Source of the DNA: Clostridia bacterium
GTDB lineage: Bacteria; Bacillota; Clostridia; TANB77; CAG-508
DNA length: 60,863 bases
NCBI GenBank assembly: GCA_022790575.1
Contig: JAAVXM010000049.1
Coordinates: 1-60,863 of the forward strand
Reading direction: 5' to 3'
Made by a program: the position numbers and the translations under genes. A model generated the notes under the pieces. That model was not told the DNA's origin. It was given only the letters and a program-made list of their open reading frames with translations, and searched no databases. The first letter of the stretch is position 1, and every line of letters begins with the position of its first letter. Shown piece by piece: positions 36,114 through 46,115 of the stretch.

Positions 36114-37613
36114 TCACCAGTTCCATACATCTCCTTTTTGTCCATTTAAACCACAATACATATTTCCATAGCCTTCATAATCTACAGTATCTGGTGATGT
36201 AAGATATACTTCACTTCCATTATTTACTGTATATACATACCCTGGAGCCTTTGTTGCTCTATATTTCGCTCCCAATACATTATTTCCTACACTTGTATGG
36301 GGTACACTATTATATGAGTCTATAAACATCTCTACACTTGGACTTCCTATTACATAATTTGCTTTACTTCCATCATAATTATTTGACCATGGACGACCTA
36401 TATCACTTCCATCTTCTGGGTCACACAGCCATGCTGCTGCCTTTTCATTTGTGTCCCATCCACTTTCATTGTTCCTTCTGTTTTTTGCCCAATCAGGATT
36501 CATTTCTTTTACTTTGGTTTTACTTGTTACATAACTTGTATTTAATGATGTTGTTTTGTTTGAGGTATAATCAGCCTTTAAATATATTGTGTTTATTCCA
36601 TCTCCATATTTATTTTCTTTATCTACAAAAAATATTCTGTATGTTGCATCTCCTGTTGTATAATTTTTTACTATTTTTCCATAATATATTTCTGGATTTT
36701 TTGCTATATCTTCTGCTGATGGATTTTCTTTTATATTTACTTTTACTGTTACTTGACATGTTCCTGCAAATGTTTCCCCTTCACTATTCGTCCCTGTTAT
36801 TGTTACATTTACTGGGCTCGTTGTTGTTTCTACTCCTTTTACATTTCCTTTTGTGTTCACTGTTACCTTACTTGTATCTCCACTACTATAACTATATGTC
36901 ATATCTTCTACATTCTGTGCTGGTGTTGTCTTTACTACTATTTCCTTTGTTTCTCCTACTGATACTTCTATTGGGTCTGCACTTATTCCTGTTACTTCTG
37001 ATACTATTATTACTTCACATTCATCACTATAATTTCCTATTTTTACTGTTATTTTTGCTGTATCTCCTACATTTCCTTTTGCTGTTACATTTCCTTGATT
37101 ATCTACTGTTGCTACTGTTGTATTACTTGAACTCCATTCAATATCACCACTTGTTCCTTGTTTCTTTGTTGCTATTAATCTTTCACTTTTTCCTTTTAAT
37201 AACTTAAGTTGACTTTTATTTAATGTTATTCCTCCTTTTTCATTTTCTTTTTTCTCTATCACTTCTCCTTCTTCCGTTATTTCATATTTAACTCCTCCTT
37301 CTTCCACAATCCATGGTAATCCTCCTTCTGGTCCATTTTTTTCTATATTCGTTATTCCTGCTCCTTTTAATTCTGTATCTAATCTACTTAAATCTATTGT
37401 TCCTTCTTCATTTATTTTCGATGCTATTACTGCTAACTTTATCTTCTCTTCTATTTCTGCTTTTTTTGAATTATTTTTTGCATTTTGTGCTTGGCTTATT
37501 ATTCCATTCTCTCCTGTTAGCATTGCTATACTTGTTGCTGCTAATATCAATAATACTATAATTGTAATAACTAATGCTATTAGTGTAATTCCTCTTTCTT
37601 TTCTTATTTTCAT
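36114..37613 (-). CDS. pilin-like surface protein with Big_2 (bacterial Ig-like) domains
   Basis: AGAGGAGG RBS and ATG at 37613. [25 protein letters not shown] leader and helix. A Big_2-like segment (LNKSQLKLLKGKSERLIATKK..DIEWSSSNTTVATVDNQGNVTAKG). Ends at TGA 36116-36114. Confidence 0.8.
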   Translation of the reverse strand: MKIRKERGITLIALVITIIVLLILAATSIAMLTGENGIISQAQNAKNNSKKAEIEEKIKLAVIASKINEEGTIDLSRLDTELKGAGITNIEKNGPEGGLPWIVEEGGVKYEITEEGEVIEKKENEKGGITLNKSQLKLLKGKSERLIATKKQGTSGDIEWSSSNTTVATVDNQGNVTAKGNVGDTAKITVKIGNYSDECEVIIVSEVTGISADPIEVSVGETKEIVVKTTPAQNVEDMTYSYSSGDTSKVTVNTKGNVKGVETTTSPVNVTITGTNSEGETFAGTCQVTVKVNIKENPSAEDIAKNPEIYYGKIVKNYTTGDATYRIFFVDKENKYGDGINTIYLKADYTSNKTTSLNTSYVTSKTKVKEMNPDWAKNRRNNESGWDTNEKAAAWLCDPEDGSDIGRPWSNNYDGSKANYVIGSPSVEMFIDSYNSVPHTSVGNNVLGAKYRATKAPGYVYTVNNGSEVYLTSPDTVDYEGYGNMYCGLNGQKGDVWNW

Positions 37614-37682
37614 TTTTCCTCCTCTTTGGCATGCCAAAAAGACAGCCTATTTATTTTCAATCCATCATAAATAGCCTATCAT

Positions 37683-37783
37683 TTATTCATCACTTATAAA
37701 TGTATTTTTACCTCTTATCACTTTCACTAACTCACTTGTGTGTGTGTGTGTGTGTGTACAGCCCCAAGGGTTTTAACGTTCAT
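37683..37783 (-). other. upstream mini-ORF homologous to 152-256, currently interrupted by the frame of an (AC)10 tract
   Basis: AGGAGAG RBS and ATG at 37783 give MNVKTLGAVHTHTHTQVS-stop. Another frame gives ...SELVKVIRGKNTFISDE-stop, which matches the left-edge mini-ORF. Confidence 0.55.
37737..37757. repeat. dinucleotide microsatellite: (TG)10.5 on the plus strand, (CA)10 within the minus-strand mini-ORF
   Basis: Read directly: TGTGTGTGTGTGTGTGTGTGT. Confidence 0.95.
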
Positions 37784-37975
37784 ACTTTTCTCTCCTTTTT
37801 CCTTTGTTTCTCTTTTTTCGCCTTTTGCTTTCTCCTCATATATTAAAATACAGCTTTTACTATTTAAAACAAACCATAATAAGTTTCTTTTTTAACAATT
37901 GTTTTGCATTTCACGCAATTTTTTTCATACAAAACTTAAGGTACAATTAAAATAGCTAAATCTATTTTATCTTCA

Positions 37976-38356
37976 TTAATTAATTTCTTTCATCCATAGT
38001 CCATGTTTATTGCAATATGCATAAACCTTTGAACCTTTTATATATTTAAATTCAGTTTCTGCTACTTCTCCTGATTTAAAATATTTTATACATTCTTTTT
38101 TATCTGTAACAACGCAAACCCATTCTATATAATGTTCATCTTCCATAACATGGTTTACTTGTACTTTTATTTTCTCTCCACTAATCTCTATTGTTGGTAT
38201 ATGTTTTTCAAATGATGCATCAACTGAATTTGGAATCAATTTTTCCATTTCTTCATTACAACACATTATACCACAATCTGCACATTTGCAATCATTTATA
38301 ACTTTTATAATTGCACCACATTTTTTACATTTTTTTATAATTAATTCTTTTTCCAT
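37976..38356 (-). CDS. dfx: desulfoferrodoxin (superoxide reductase)
   Basis: N-terminal desulforedoxin Cys motif (CKKCGAII...CADCGIMCC) and the C-terminal SOR centre (H..H..C..H with EHYIEW). Confidence 0.9.
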   Translation of the reverse strand: MEKELIIKKCKKCGAIIKVINDCKCADCGIMCCNEEMEKLIPNSVDASFEKHIPTIEISGEKIKVQVNHVMEDEHYIEWVCVVTDKKECIKYFKSGEVAETEFKYIKGSKVYAYCNKHGLWMKEIN

Positions 38357-38391
38357 AGTCTCCTCCTATATTATTAAAATATTCCTTACAT

Positions 38392-38467
<76 letters not shown>

Positions 38468-38571
38468 ATTTTAGATAATTATATCACAAATCAGCATAAA
38501 TTCAAGTACAATTGTAAAAAGTTTATAAATATGTTATAATAATTTTTATAAATTAATAAAAAGGAGTACAT

Positions 38572-39285
38572 ATGCAACAAATATTAAGTAAAATGAGAAA
38601 AGCAATAGAAGAATATAATATGATTGAAGAAGGAGACAAAATTGCTGTATGTCTATCAGGTGGAAAAGACTCAATAACACTATTAAATGGGCTCAAAGCA
38701 TTGCAGAGATTTTATCCGAAACACTTCGAACTAATTGCAATAACTGTAAATCCAGGTTTTGATTTTTTTGATACAGAAATTCTACAAAAAAACTGTGATG
38801 AACTTGATATTCCTTTATTTATAGAAGAAAGTCATATAAAAGAAATAGTTTTTGATGTTAGACAAGAAAGAAATCCATGCTCTTTATGTGCAAATTTACG
38901 TAGAGGAATTATAAATACTGTTGCAATACGTGAAGGATGTAATAAAATAGCTTTAGGTCATAATATGGATGATGTTTTAGAGACATTCTTATTAAATTTG
39001 TTATATACAGGTAGTATTTCTACTTTTGCCCCTAAAAGTTATATGGATAGAAGTAAAATTACTCTTATTAGACCATTGATTTTGCTTGGAGAAAAGGATG
39101 CAAAAAGGTTTGTAAAAAAGCATAATAAGCAAATTATGCCAAAGGTATGTCCTATGGATGAACATACAAAACGTGAAAATATGAAGGAACAGATTTTTTT
39201 GTGGCAAAAGGATATTCCTATGATTAGAGCTAATCTTTTTGGCGCAATTTCTAGAAATTTAGATGGATGGAAAAAAGATATTTAA
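38572..39285 (+). CDS. ttcA: PP-loop ATPase, tRNA 2-thiocytidine biosynthesis TtcA family
   Basis: SGGKDS PP-loop (AVCLSGGKDSITLL) and the CSLCANLRRG Cys motif. Confidence 0.8.
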   Translation: MQQILSKMRKAIEEYNMIEEGDKIAVCLSGGKDSITLLNGLKALQRFYPKHFELIAITVNPGFDFFDTEILQKNCDELDIPLFIEESHIKEIVFDVRQERNPCSLCANLRRGIINTVAIREGCNKIALGHNMDDVLETFLLNLLYTGSISTFAPKSYMDRSKITLIRPLILLGEKDAKRFVKKHNKQIMPKVCPMDEHTKRENMKEQIFLWQKDIPMIRANLFGAISRNLDGWKKDI

Positions 39286-39326
39286 AAAAATATACCAGAT
39301 TAAACTTATCTGGCATATTTTTTATT

Positions 39327-41057
39327 TTATGCATTTCTAACTAAATCTTCCATGGCTTGTTTTAAATCTTGTAATTTCTTATCAGCATCTTCCATTGAAG
39401 AACCCTTTATTCCTATATAAAGTTTTATTTTTGGTTCTGTTCCAGATGGACGAACACAGCACCATGAATTATTTTCCAATTCATAATACAAAACATTTGA
39501 TTTAGGTAAACCAGTTTCTGTTGTATCTCCTGTTATTCTGTCTTTAATAATATTTGTATCATAATCTTTGAATTTCAGAACTTTATAATCTCCTATTTTA
39601 TCAATATCTTTTGTTCTCATAGAAGACATCATTTCTTTTATTTTATTTGCTCCTTCTGAACCTTCTAAAACAATTGATATTTGAGCTTCTTTATAATACC
39701 CATATTTCTCATAAATATTAATCATTTGCTCCCATAAAGTTAATCCTTTTGATTTATAATATGCTGCCGCTTCGCAAAGTGCCATAACTGCTCCTATACC
39801 ATCTTTGTCTCTAGCATATTCTCCTATTAAACATCCATAGCTTTCTTCAAATCCAAATACATATTTCTTATCTTGTTTTTCTTCTGCTTCTCTCATAACT
39901 TTTCCTATATGTTTAAATCCTGTTAGTACTTTTATTAATTCCAAATTATATGCTTCTGCAACTGCATCTGTTAAATTTGTAGATACAATAGTTTTTATAA
40001 CCATACCATTTTTTGGTAATATTCCTTTTTCTTGTTTTTGAGAAATTTCATATTCTGCAATTAATAGTGCTGACATATTTCCATTATAATTTATATATTC
40101 CCCAGTTATTGGGTCTTTTGTGAATATTCCTAGTCTGTCTGCATCTGGGTCTGTAGCTAAAACTACATCCGCCTCCTTTTGTTTTGCTAATTCTAAAGCT
40201 AATTTAAATGCTTTTGGGTCTTCTGGGTTGGGATAACTAACTGTTGGAAAATCTCCATCTGGCATTTCTTGTTCTGGTACAACAAATACATTTTTGAATC
40301 CCAATTCTTTTAAAATTCTTTGAACCATTTCATTTCCTGCTCCATGTAATGGTGTATAAACTATTTTTAGGTTTTCACCTTGCTCTTTTATTATTTCTGG
40401 ATTTAATACACATTTTTTTAGTTCTTCTATATATCTATCATCAATTTCTTTACTAACAATATTATATAGTCCTTTTTCTTTTGCTTCTTGTTCTGTTATT
40501 TTTTTGATATCTGCATAATCCTTAACATTTTGTACTTCTGTTATTATTTCTTTATCTACTGGTGAAACTATTTGTGCTCCATCATTCCAGTATACTTTAT
40601 ATCCATTATATTTTGGTGGATTGTGACTTGCTGTTATCATTATTCCTGCTGTAGCTTTTAATTCTCTTACAGCAAATGAAAGTTCTGGTACAGGTCTTAA
40701 TTTGTCCATTATATATGTCTTTATACCATTTGCATTTAATACTAATGCTGTTAATTTACTAAATTCTGGTGACATATGTCTTGAGTCAAAACTTATTACT
40801 ACTCCTTTGTCTTGTACTCCTTTTTTTATAATATAGTTTGCAAGTCCTTGAGTTGCTTTTCCTACAGTGTATTTGTTCATTCTGTTTGTTCCTACTCCTA
40901 TTACTCCTCTTAGCCCTGCTGTTCCAAATTCTAATTCTCTATAAAATCTATCTTCTATTTCTTTTTCATTTCCTTTTATTTCTAATAATTCTTTTTTTGT
41001 TTCTTCATCAAAAGCTGGGTCTTCACACCATCTTTTATATTCCTCTAAATAATCCAT
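39327..41057 (-). CDS. phosphoglucomutase / phosphomannomutase family phospho-sugar mutase
   Basis: Active-site TASHNPPKYNGYKVY and a metal loop DPDADR. Confidence 0.9.
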   Translation of the reverse strand: MDYLEEYKRWCEDPAFDEETKKELLEIKGNEKEIEDRFYRELEFGTAGLRGVIGVGTNRMNKYTVGKATQGLANYIIKKGVQDKGVVISFDSRHMSPEFSKLTALVLNANGIKTYIMDKLRPVPELSFAVRELKATAGIMITASHNPPKYNGYKVYWNDGAQIVSPVDKEIITEVQNVKDYADIKKITEQEAKEKGLYNIVSKEIDDRYIEELKKCVLNPEIIKEQGENLKIVYTPLHGAGNEMVQRILKELGFKNVFVVPEQEMPDGDFPTVSYPNPEDPKAFKLALELAKQKEADVVLATDPDADRLGIFTKDPITGEYINYNGNMSALLIAEYEISQKQEKGILPKNGMVIKTIVSTNLTDAVAEAYNLELIKVLTGFKHIGKVMREAEEKQDKKYVFGFEESYGCLIGEYARDKDGIGAVMALCEAAAYYKSKGLTLWEQMINIYEKYGYYKEAQISIVLEGSEGANKIKEMMSSMRTKDIDKIGDYKVLKFKDYDTNIIKDRITGDTTETGLPKSNVLYYELENNSWCCVRPSGTEPKIKLYIGIKGSSMEDADKKLQDLKQAMEDLVRNA

Positions 41058-41129
41058 ATATAACTTCCTTTCTTATTTATTTTTATAAAACTGCTGACAT
41101 ATTTACCAGCAGTTGTTTTCTTTTTTTAT

Positions 41130-42371
41130 TTATAGTTTATAGAAATTTCTATATAATTCTCTTGCTGTTTCTGGACTGTCTACTCCAGTTGCATTTTTTA
41201 CAGGCGCAAATTCTTCTTCTCTTTTTACTCTTAATATTGCCATGTCGTCTAGTTCTCCAAATGCATCAAATAAAAATGCTTCAAATTTATATGCGTTTGG
41301 TCCATCTGGTATTACTTTATTTCCTTCTTTGTCTATATATGTTGCCTTTTTAAATGCTGAATGATATGGCAATGGCTTTGCTCCCATTCTTTCTATTGCA
41401 TCTAGTTTGAATAGATTGCATAATATATGAGATTCTCCATATTTTAATTCTCCATTTTCATCTATTTCTTCTGACAGTTCTTTTGGTATTTCTGTATATT
41501 CTAAAACAGATGGTCTTCCGTTTTTCTTACAAAATACTCCAACTTTTTCTTGTGGATTTGCTTTTACTACTGATTTTCCAGCTGCTGTTACATTTTTTTG
41601 TATTGCTATTCCCATTAATATTGGGTCAACCATTTTTACTAGGCAATTGTCTATTCCTCCAATAAATACCCATTTTGTTCCTAGTTCTCTCATCTTTTTT
41701 GTCATTCCTCTTTTTACAAGTGACTCATATATTCCTCCATGTCCATCTGCTGCTTCTTTTATTAGACCATCTTCTCCTATTAGTATTTTTCCTTCTGTGT
41801 CTACCATTGGTAATTCTCCTTGTTTGAAGAAGAATAGGTCTTTATCTTTTTGATGTCCAAAATATCTATGTTTTGTAAAGAATTCTATTGTTTGCTCATT
41901 ATTTTCTTCACTTGTCATTATAAACCATGGTATCACTACTCCATATTTTTTTCCTTGCTCTTTTAATGTGTCACTTAATAATTCAAATAGTGATTTATGT
42001 GTTTCTAGTCCTATATCATATGTTCCTTTTGGTCCATTATGCCCTAGTCTAGTCCCTTGACCTCCTGCCATTGTTACAGCTGCTAATTCTCCATTTCTTA
42101 TTGCTTTTTCTCCAATTGCTTGGTAATCTTTATATTCTCCATTTAATTTTTCTTTGTCAAGATATTCGATTGGTGTTATTTCACTTTCTGCTGCTTCATA
42201 ATCTCTTTTTGTATTATTATATAAACTATTGATTAATTCAAAATCTATTGCTTTTATTTGCTCTAATAATTTTTTTTGTTTTGCTTGGTCTAATTCACTG
42301 TATCTATTTAATAAGTGCTCTTGTGAATATTTCTTTAGTGTTTTCATTATTTCATCTATATCTTCTCCCAT
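41130..42371 (-). CDS. UDPGP-family UTP--sugar-1-phosphate uridylyltransferase
   Basis: MAGGQGTRLGHNGPKGTYDIGL signature of UDP-sugar pyrophosphorylases. Confidence 0.8.
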   Translation of the reverse strand: MGEDIDEIMKTLKKYSQEHLLNRYSELDQAKQKKLLEQIKAIDFELINSLYNNTKRDYEAAESEITPIEYLDKEKLNGEYKDYQAIGEKAIRNGELAAVTMAGGQGTRLGHNGPKGTYDIGLETHKSLFELLSDTLKEQGKKYGVVIPWFIMTSEENNEQTIEFFTKHRYFGHQKDKDLFFFKQGELPMVDTEGKILIGEDGLIKEAADGHGGIYESLVKRGMTKKMRELGTKWVFIGGIDNCLVKMVDPILMGIAIQKNVTAAGKSVVKANPQEKVGVFCKKNGRPSVLEYTEIPKELSEEIDENGELKYGESHILCNLFKLDAIERMGAKPLPYHSAFKKATYIDKEGNKVIPDGPNAYKFEAFLFDAFGELDDMAILRVKREEEFAPVKNATGVDSPETARELYRNFYKL

Positions 42372-42442
42372 ATAAATCTTCCTTTCTTATTATATATATA
42401 TATACCATTTTTTTATTTTTTTCAATAGTTTATTTTTTTTTT

Positions 42443-42886
42443 TTAGAATTTACGAAATCCTAAAGTATTCAAGCTTCTATTATGTTCATTTATTATATTT
42501 CCTATGTTGTCTTTTACTTCTTCAAATTCATAACAGTTTACAATATTTAATCCTTTTTTGTTTGCTTCTTGAATTTCTTTGTTTTTTTCTTTTATATATT
42601 CTTCTGTTCCTATTACTATTATATTTGTTTTATCTTGTATCTGTTTATTGTTCTTTTCCCATCCTAAATTTAATATTTCTTCTTTTCTTTCGTTTTCTAA
42701 ATTCATCTTTGACATTACAACTTCCATTGTTCCTTTTAAGTCTTTTTCTGTTATTATATTTATATTTTCCTTTTCATCTATCTTTTGATTTATATATGGT
42801 ACTAATATCATTTCTAAATGAAAATCACTTACATAAAAACTACACATCTTATCTATATTCTGACTTTCAACAAGCATAATATTCAT
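42443..42886 (-). CDS. hypothetical protein
   Basis: A 147-aa ORF with native-looking composition. No motif recognised. Confidence 0.6.
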   Translation of the reverse strand: MNIMLVESQNIDKMCSFYVSDFHLEMILVPYINQKIDEKENINIITEKDLKGTMEVVMSKMNLENERKEEILNLGWEKNNKQIQDKTNIIVIGTEEYIKEKNKEIQEANKKGLNIVNCYEFEEVKDNIGNIINEHNRSLNTLGFRKF

Positions 42887-43061
42887 TCCTTTCGATTGAT
42901 TTGTTACTGGTAAATTTTACCAATAAGAATAACTTTTGTCAAGATTTTTGTTAAAGTTTTTTTCTAAATGTATAATTTATTTTTTTTGGTTAATAATTAT
43001 TTTAAAGATATTTTTTGACAAAAAAGTTTTATTTTATTATATAATTCAAAGGAGGATTTAT

Positions 43062-43703
43062 ATGAAAAATTTTATAAAAAGTACACTTATACTGTTATTC
43101 TTACTATTATTATATGTATTTATTTCTGCTCATAATTATGTCTCAGCTGTCTCTTCTGACCTTTCAGATGCAGTTTTTAGATTACATGTTTTAGCAAATA
43201 GTGACTCAGCCGAAGACCAAGAGTTAAAATTGAAAGTTAGAGATGCTTTATTAAATTATATGAATGGTATTTGTTCAAATTGCTCAACAAAAGAAGAAGC
43301 TATCTCATTAGTGGAATCTCACAAAAATGAATTTATAGATGTAGCAGAAAGAACTATACAAGAAAATGGTTATGACTATTCTGTAAAAATTAATATAGGT
43401 AATTTTTATTTCCCTACAAAAAATTATGGTGATATTTCATTACCTGCTAGTTTTTATGATGCTTTACGTGTCGAAATTGGAGATGCAAATGGAAAAAATT
43501 GGTGGTGCGTAATGTTCCCTTCACTTTGTTTTATTGATGTTAGTTCTGGTATTGTTGATGATGAGGCAAAGGAAAACCTTGAAAATAACATGGACCAAGA
43601 ATCTTATAATATAATATCTGATGCTGAAAATTCTGACTTAAAATTGAAATTTAGATTAATAGAATTCTTTGCTGAAAAAGGTCTTTTTACAGCTAAAAAT
43701 TAG
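43062..43703 (+). CDS. spoIIR: stage II sporulation protein R
   Basis: VFRLHVLANSDSAEDQELKLKVRDALL signature. AAAGGAGG RBS before the ATG at 43062. Signal-anchor N-terminus. Confidence 0.85.
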   Translation: MKNFIKSTLILLFLLLLYVFISAHNYVSAVSSDLSDAVFRLHVLANSDSAEDQELKLKVRDALLNYMNGICSNCSTKEEAISLVESHKNEFIDVAERTIQENGYDYSVKINIGNFYFPTKNYGDISLPASFYDALRVEIGDANGKNWWCVMFPSLCFIDVSSGIVDDEAKENLENNMDQESYNIISDAENSDLKLKFRLIEFFAEKGLFTAKN

Positions 43704-43780
43704 AAATATTTAAAAAGTGTTGTAATCTTTTACTTTTTATGGTATATTTCTTAAGAATATATTTTTAAGGAGGAATACTT

Positions 43781-45040
43781 TTGGAAAAATTGGTTATCAA
43801 TGGAAGTACACACTTAAAGGGCGAAGTAACAATTAGTGGTGCAAAAAATGCAGCAGTTGCAATTTTACCTGCAACACTTTTAATAAATGGCGTTTGTACA
43901 ATTGAGAATTTGCCTAATATTAGCGATGTTAAAACCTCTTGTAAAATTCTAGAAAGTCTTGGCGCAAAAATAGAATGGATTGGCCAAAATGAAATTACAA
44001 TTGATACAAGAAATATAAATGAAACAATTGCTTCTGAAGAATTGACAAGAATGTTTAGAGCTTCATATTACATTATTGGAAGTATGCTTGGGAGAAAAAG
44101 AGAAATTACTGTTGGAATGCCTGGTGGATGTAAACTAGGAGCCAGACCAATAGACCAACATATTAAAGGATTTGAAGCACTTGGTGCAACAGTTGATGTA
44201 GGTCAAGGTAAAATAACAGCAAAAGCTTCTAAATTAATGGGAAATTCTATATACATGGATGTTGTTTCAGTTGGTGCAACTATAAACGTTATGTTAGCTG
44301 CAGTTCTAGCTGAAGGAACTACTATTATTGACAATGCTGCTAAAGAGCCTCACATAGTTGATGTTGCAAACTTCTTGAATACAATGGGAGCTGACATTCG
44401 TGGAGCAGGAACTGATGTTATTAAAATAAATGGTGTTAAGGAATTACAAGGAAATAGTACATACTCTATTGTCCCTGACCAAATAGAAGCTGGCACATTT
44501 ATGCTTGCGGCAGTGGCATCTCAAGGAGATGTTTTAATAAAAAATTGTATTACTAAGCATTTAGAATCTATAACTGCAAAGATTATTGAAATTGGTGGAC
44601 AAGTTGAAGATTATGGTGATAGCATTAGAGTAAAATGTGATAAAAGACCATCTAAAGCTACAATTAAAACTCTTCCTTATCCTGGTTTTCCTACAGATTT
44701 ACAGCCTCAGATTGGAGTTGTTCTTTCTGTTGCTGAAGGTACTAGTAAAATAATTGAGAGTATTTGGGAATCAAGATTTCAATATACAGAAGAATTAAAT
44801 AAAATGGGAGCAAATATAACTGCTCAAGGAAAGTCTGCTTTTTTTGAAGGTGTTGAGAAATTGTCTGGCTCACCAGTTTATTCTTCAGATTTACGTGCTG
44901 GCGCTGCTTTAATAATTGCAGGAATTGTTGCAGAGGGTACAACTGAAATCTATAATTTAGAACATATAGATAGAGGATATGAAAATATTGAAGATAAATT
45001 CAGAAATCTTGGTGCAGTAATCAAAAGAATTAATGAATAA
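43781..45040 (+). CDS. murA: UDP-N-acetylglucosamine 1-carboxyvinyltransferase
   Basis: INGSTHLKGEVTISGAKNAAVAILPA N-terminus and the active-site loop (GGCKLGARPIDQHIKG). TTG start. Confidence 0.93.
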   Translation: MEKLVINGSTHLKGEVTISGAKNAAVAILPATLLINGVCTIENLPNISDVKTSCKILESLGAKIEWIGQNEITIDTRNINETIASEELTRMFRASYYIIGSMLGRKREITVGMPGGCKLGARPIDQHIKGFEALGATVDVGQGKITAKASKLMGNSIYMDVVSVGATINVMLAAVLAEGTTIIDNAAKEPHIVDVANFLNTMGADIRGAGTDVIKINGVKELQGNSTYSIVPDQIEAGTFMLAAVASQGDVLIKNCITKHLESITAKIIEIGGQVEDYGDSIRVKCDKRPSKATIKTLPYPGFPTDLQPQIGVVLSVAEGTSKIIESIWESRFQYTEELNKMGANITAQGKSAFFEGVEKLSGSPVYSSDLRAGAALIIAGIVAEGTTEIYNLEHIDRGYENIEDKFRNLGAVIKRINE

Positions 45041-45062
45041 ACATTAGAAAGAAGAAATAATC

Positions 45063-45854
45063 ATGTTAAATTTTTGTAGCTTATATAGTGGTAGTAGTGG
45101 TAATAGTTTGTTTGTCGAAACGGAAAATACAAAGGTCTTGATTGATGCTGGTATGAGTTGTAAAAAAATTGAAGAAGCTCTAGGCTCTATTGATGTAGAG
45201 GCTTCTTCTATTAATGCAATTTTAGTTACTCATGAGCATATAGACCATATAAGAGGAATATCAACAATTTCTAAAAAATTTGATATTCCTGTTTTTGCTA
45301 CTAAAGAAACTTTTGATGCTATGCCTAAACAAACAGAAAAGATTTCTAATTATAATATTAATTTTTTTGTGCCTTCTGAAAAATTTTGTATAAACGATTT
45401 AGAGGTTTTACCTTTTAGTATACCTCATGATGCGGCTAATCCTTGTGGGTTTAATATAAAAAATGATACTCATCAAATTAGTGTCGCAACTGATATCGGT
45501 CATATGAATAGAACTATCTTAAATCATTTAGAAGGTAGTGAATTTGTTTTGCTTGAATCTAATTATGAAACTGAAGTTCTAAAATGTTGTACATATCCTT
45601 TTAAATTAAAGTCTCGTATTGCTAGCAATATTGGTCATTTGTCAAATGAAATGGCTGGTAAAACAATTTCATATTTGCTGAAAAATAGTAACCTTAAAAC
45701 TGCTTTGCTGGGACATTTAAGTAAAGAAAGTAATTTCCCAGAATTGGCTTATCAAACTGTTGTAGATGAGTTAATTTCTGAGAGTTGTAATTTGGATTCT
45801 ATTAATTTATCTGTTGCCAGTAGAGACAATCCAAGTAAATTAATAAAATTATAA
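45063..45854 (+). CDS. MBL-fold metallo-hydrolase (YycJ/WalJ-like)
   Basis: THEHIDHIRG metal-binding motif. Confidence 0.85.
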   Translation: MLNFCSLYSGSSGNSLFVETENTKVLIDAGMSCKKIEEALGSIDVEASSINAILVTHEHIDHIRGISTISKKFDIPVFATKETFDAMPKQTEKISNYNINFFVPSEKFCINDLEVLPFSIPHDAANPCGFNIKNDTHQISVATDIGHMNRTILNHLEGSEFVLLESNYETEVLKCCTYPFKLKSRIASNIGHLSNEMAGKTISYLLKNSNLKTALLGHLSKESNFPELAYQTVVDELISESCNLDSINLSVASRDNPSKLIKL

Positions 45855-46115
45855 TATATGGTATTGTAAAGGGAAAATTCTTATAAGAACAAATCGGTTA
45901 GAAATATAGTAATAATCATTTGTGGGGCCACAAGTTTAGTTTTGATTTAATTTTTATATTTTTGGCTGTTCATTTTATGGGGAATTAGAATTATTCCCTT
46001 TACAAGATTAAAAACTTTTGATTAATAAATTCATCGCCACTATAATACAACACTTTTTTATTGTTGTCAAGAAAAACATTTCGACATTTTTCGACCATCC
46101 GATTACTTTTAGTTC

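Noticed and set aside
36114-36116. An alternative genetic code (TGA = Trp or Gly) as the explanation for the in-frame TGA.
   Set aside because: All housekeeping genes in the window are intact under the standard bacterial code, and Trp is encoded by TGG throughout (for example in PBP2, MurA and DnaX). A point mutation or leaky read-through is more economical.
37640-37660. A sigma-54 promoter (TGGCATGCC) upstream of the pilin-like Big_2 gene.
   Set aside because: The TGGCA element is not followed by TTGC at the required spacing, and the site overlaps the RBS region.
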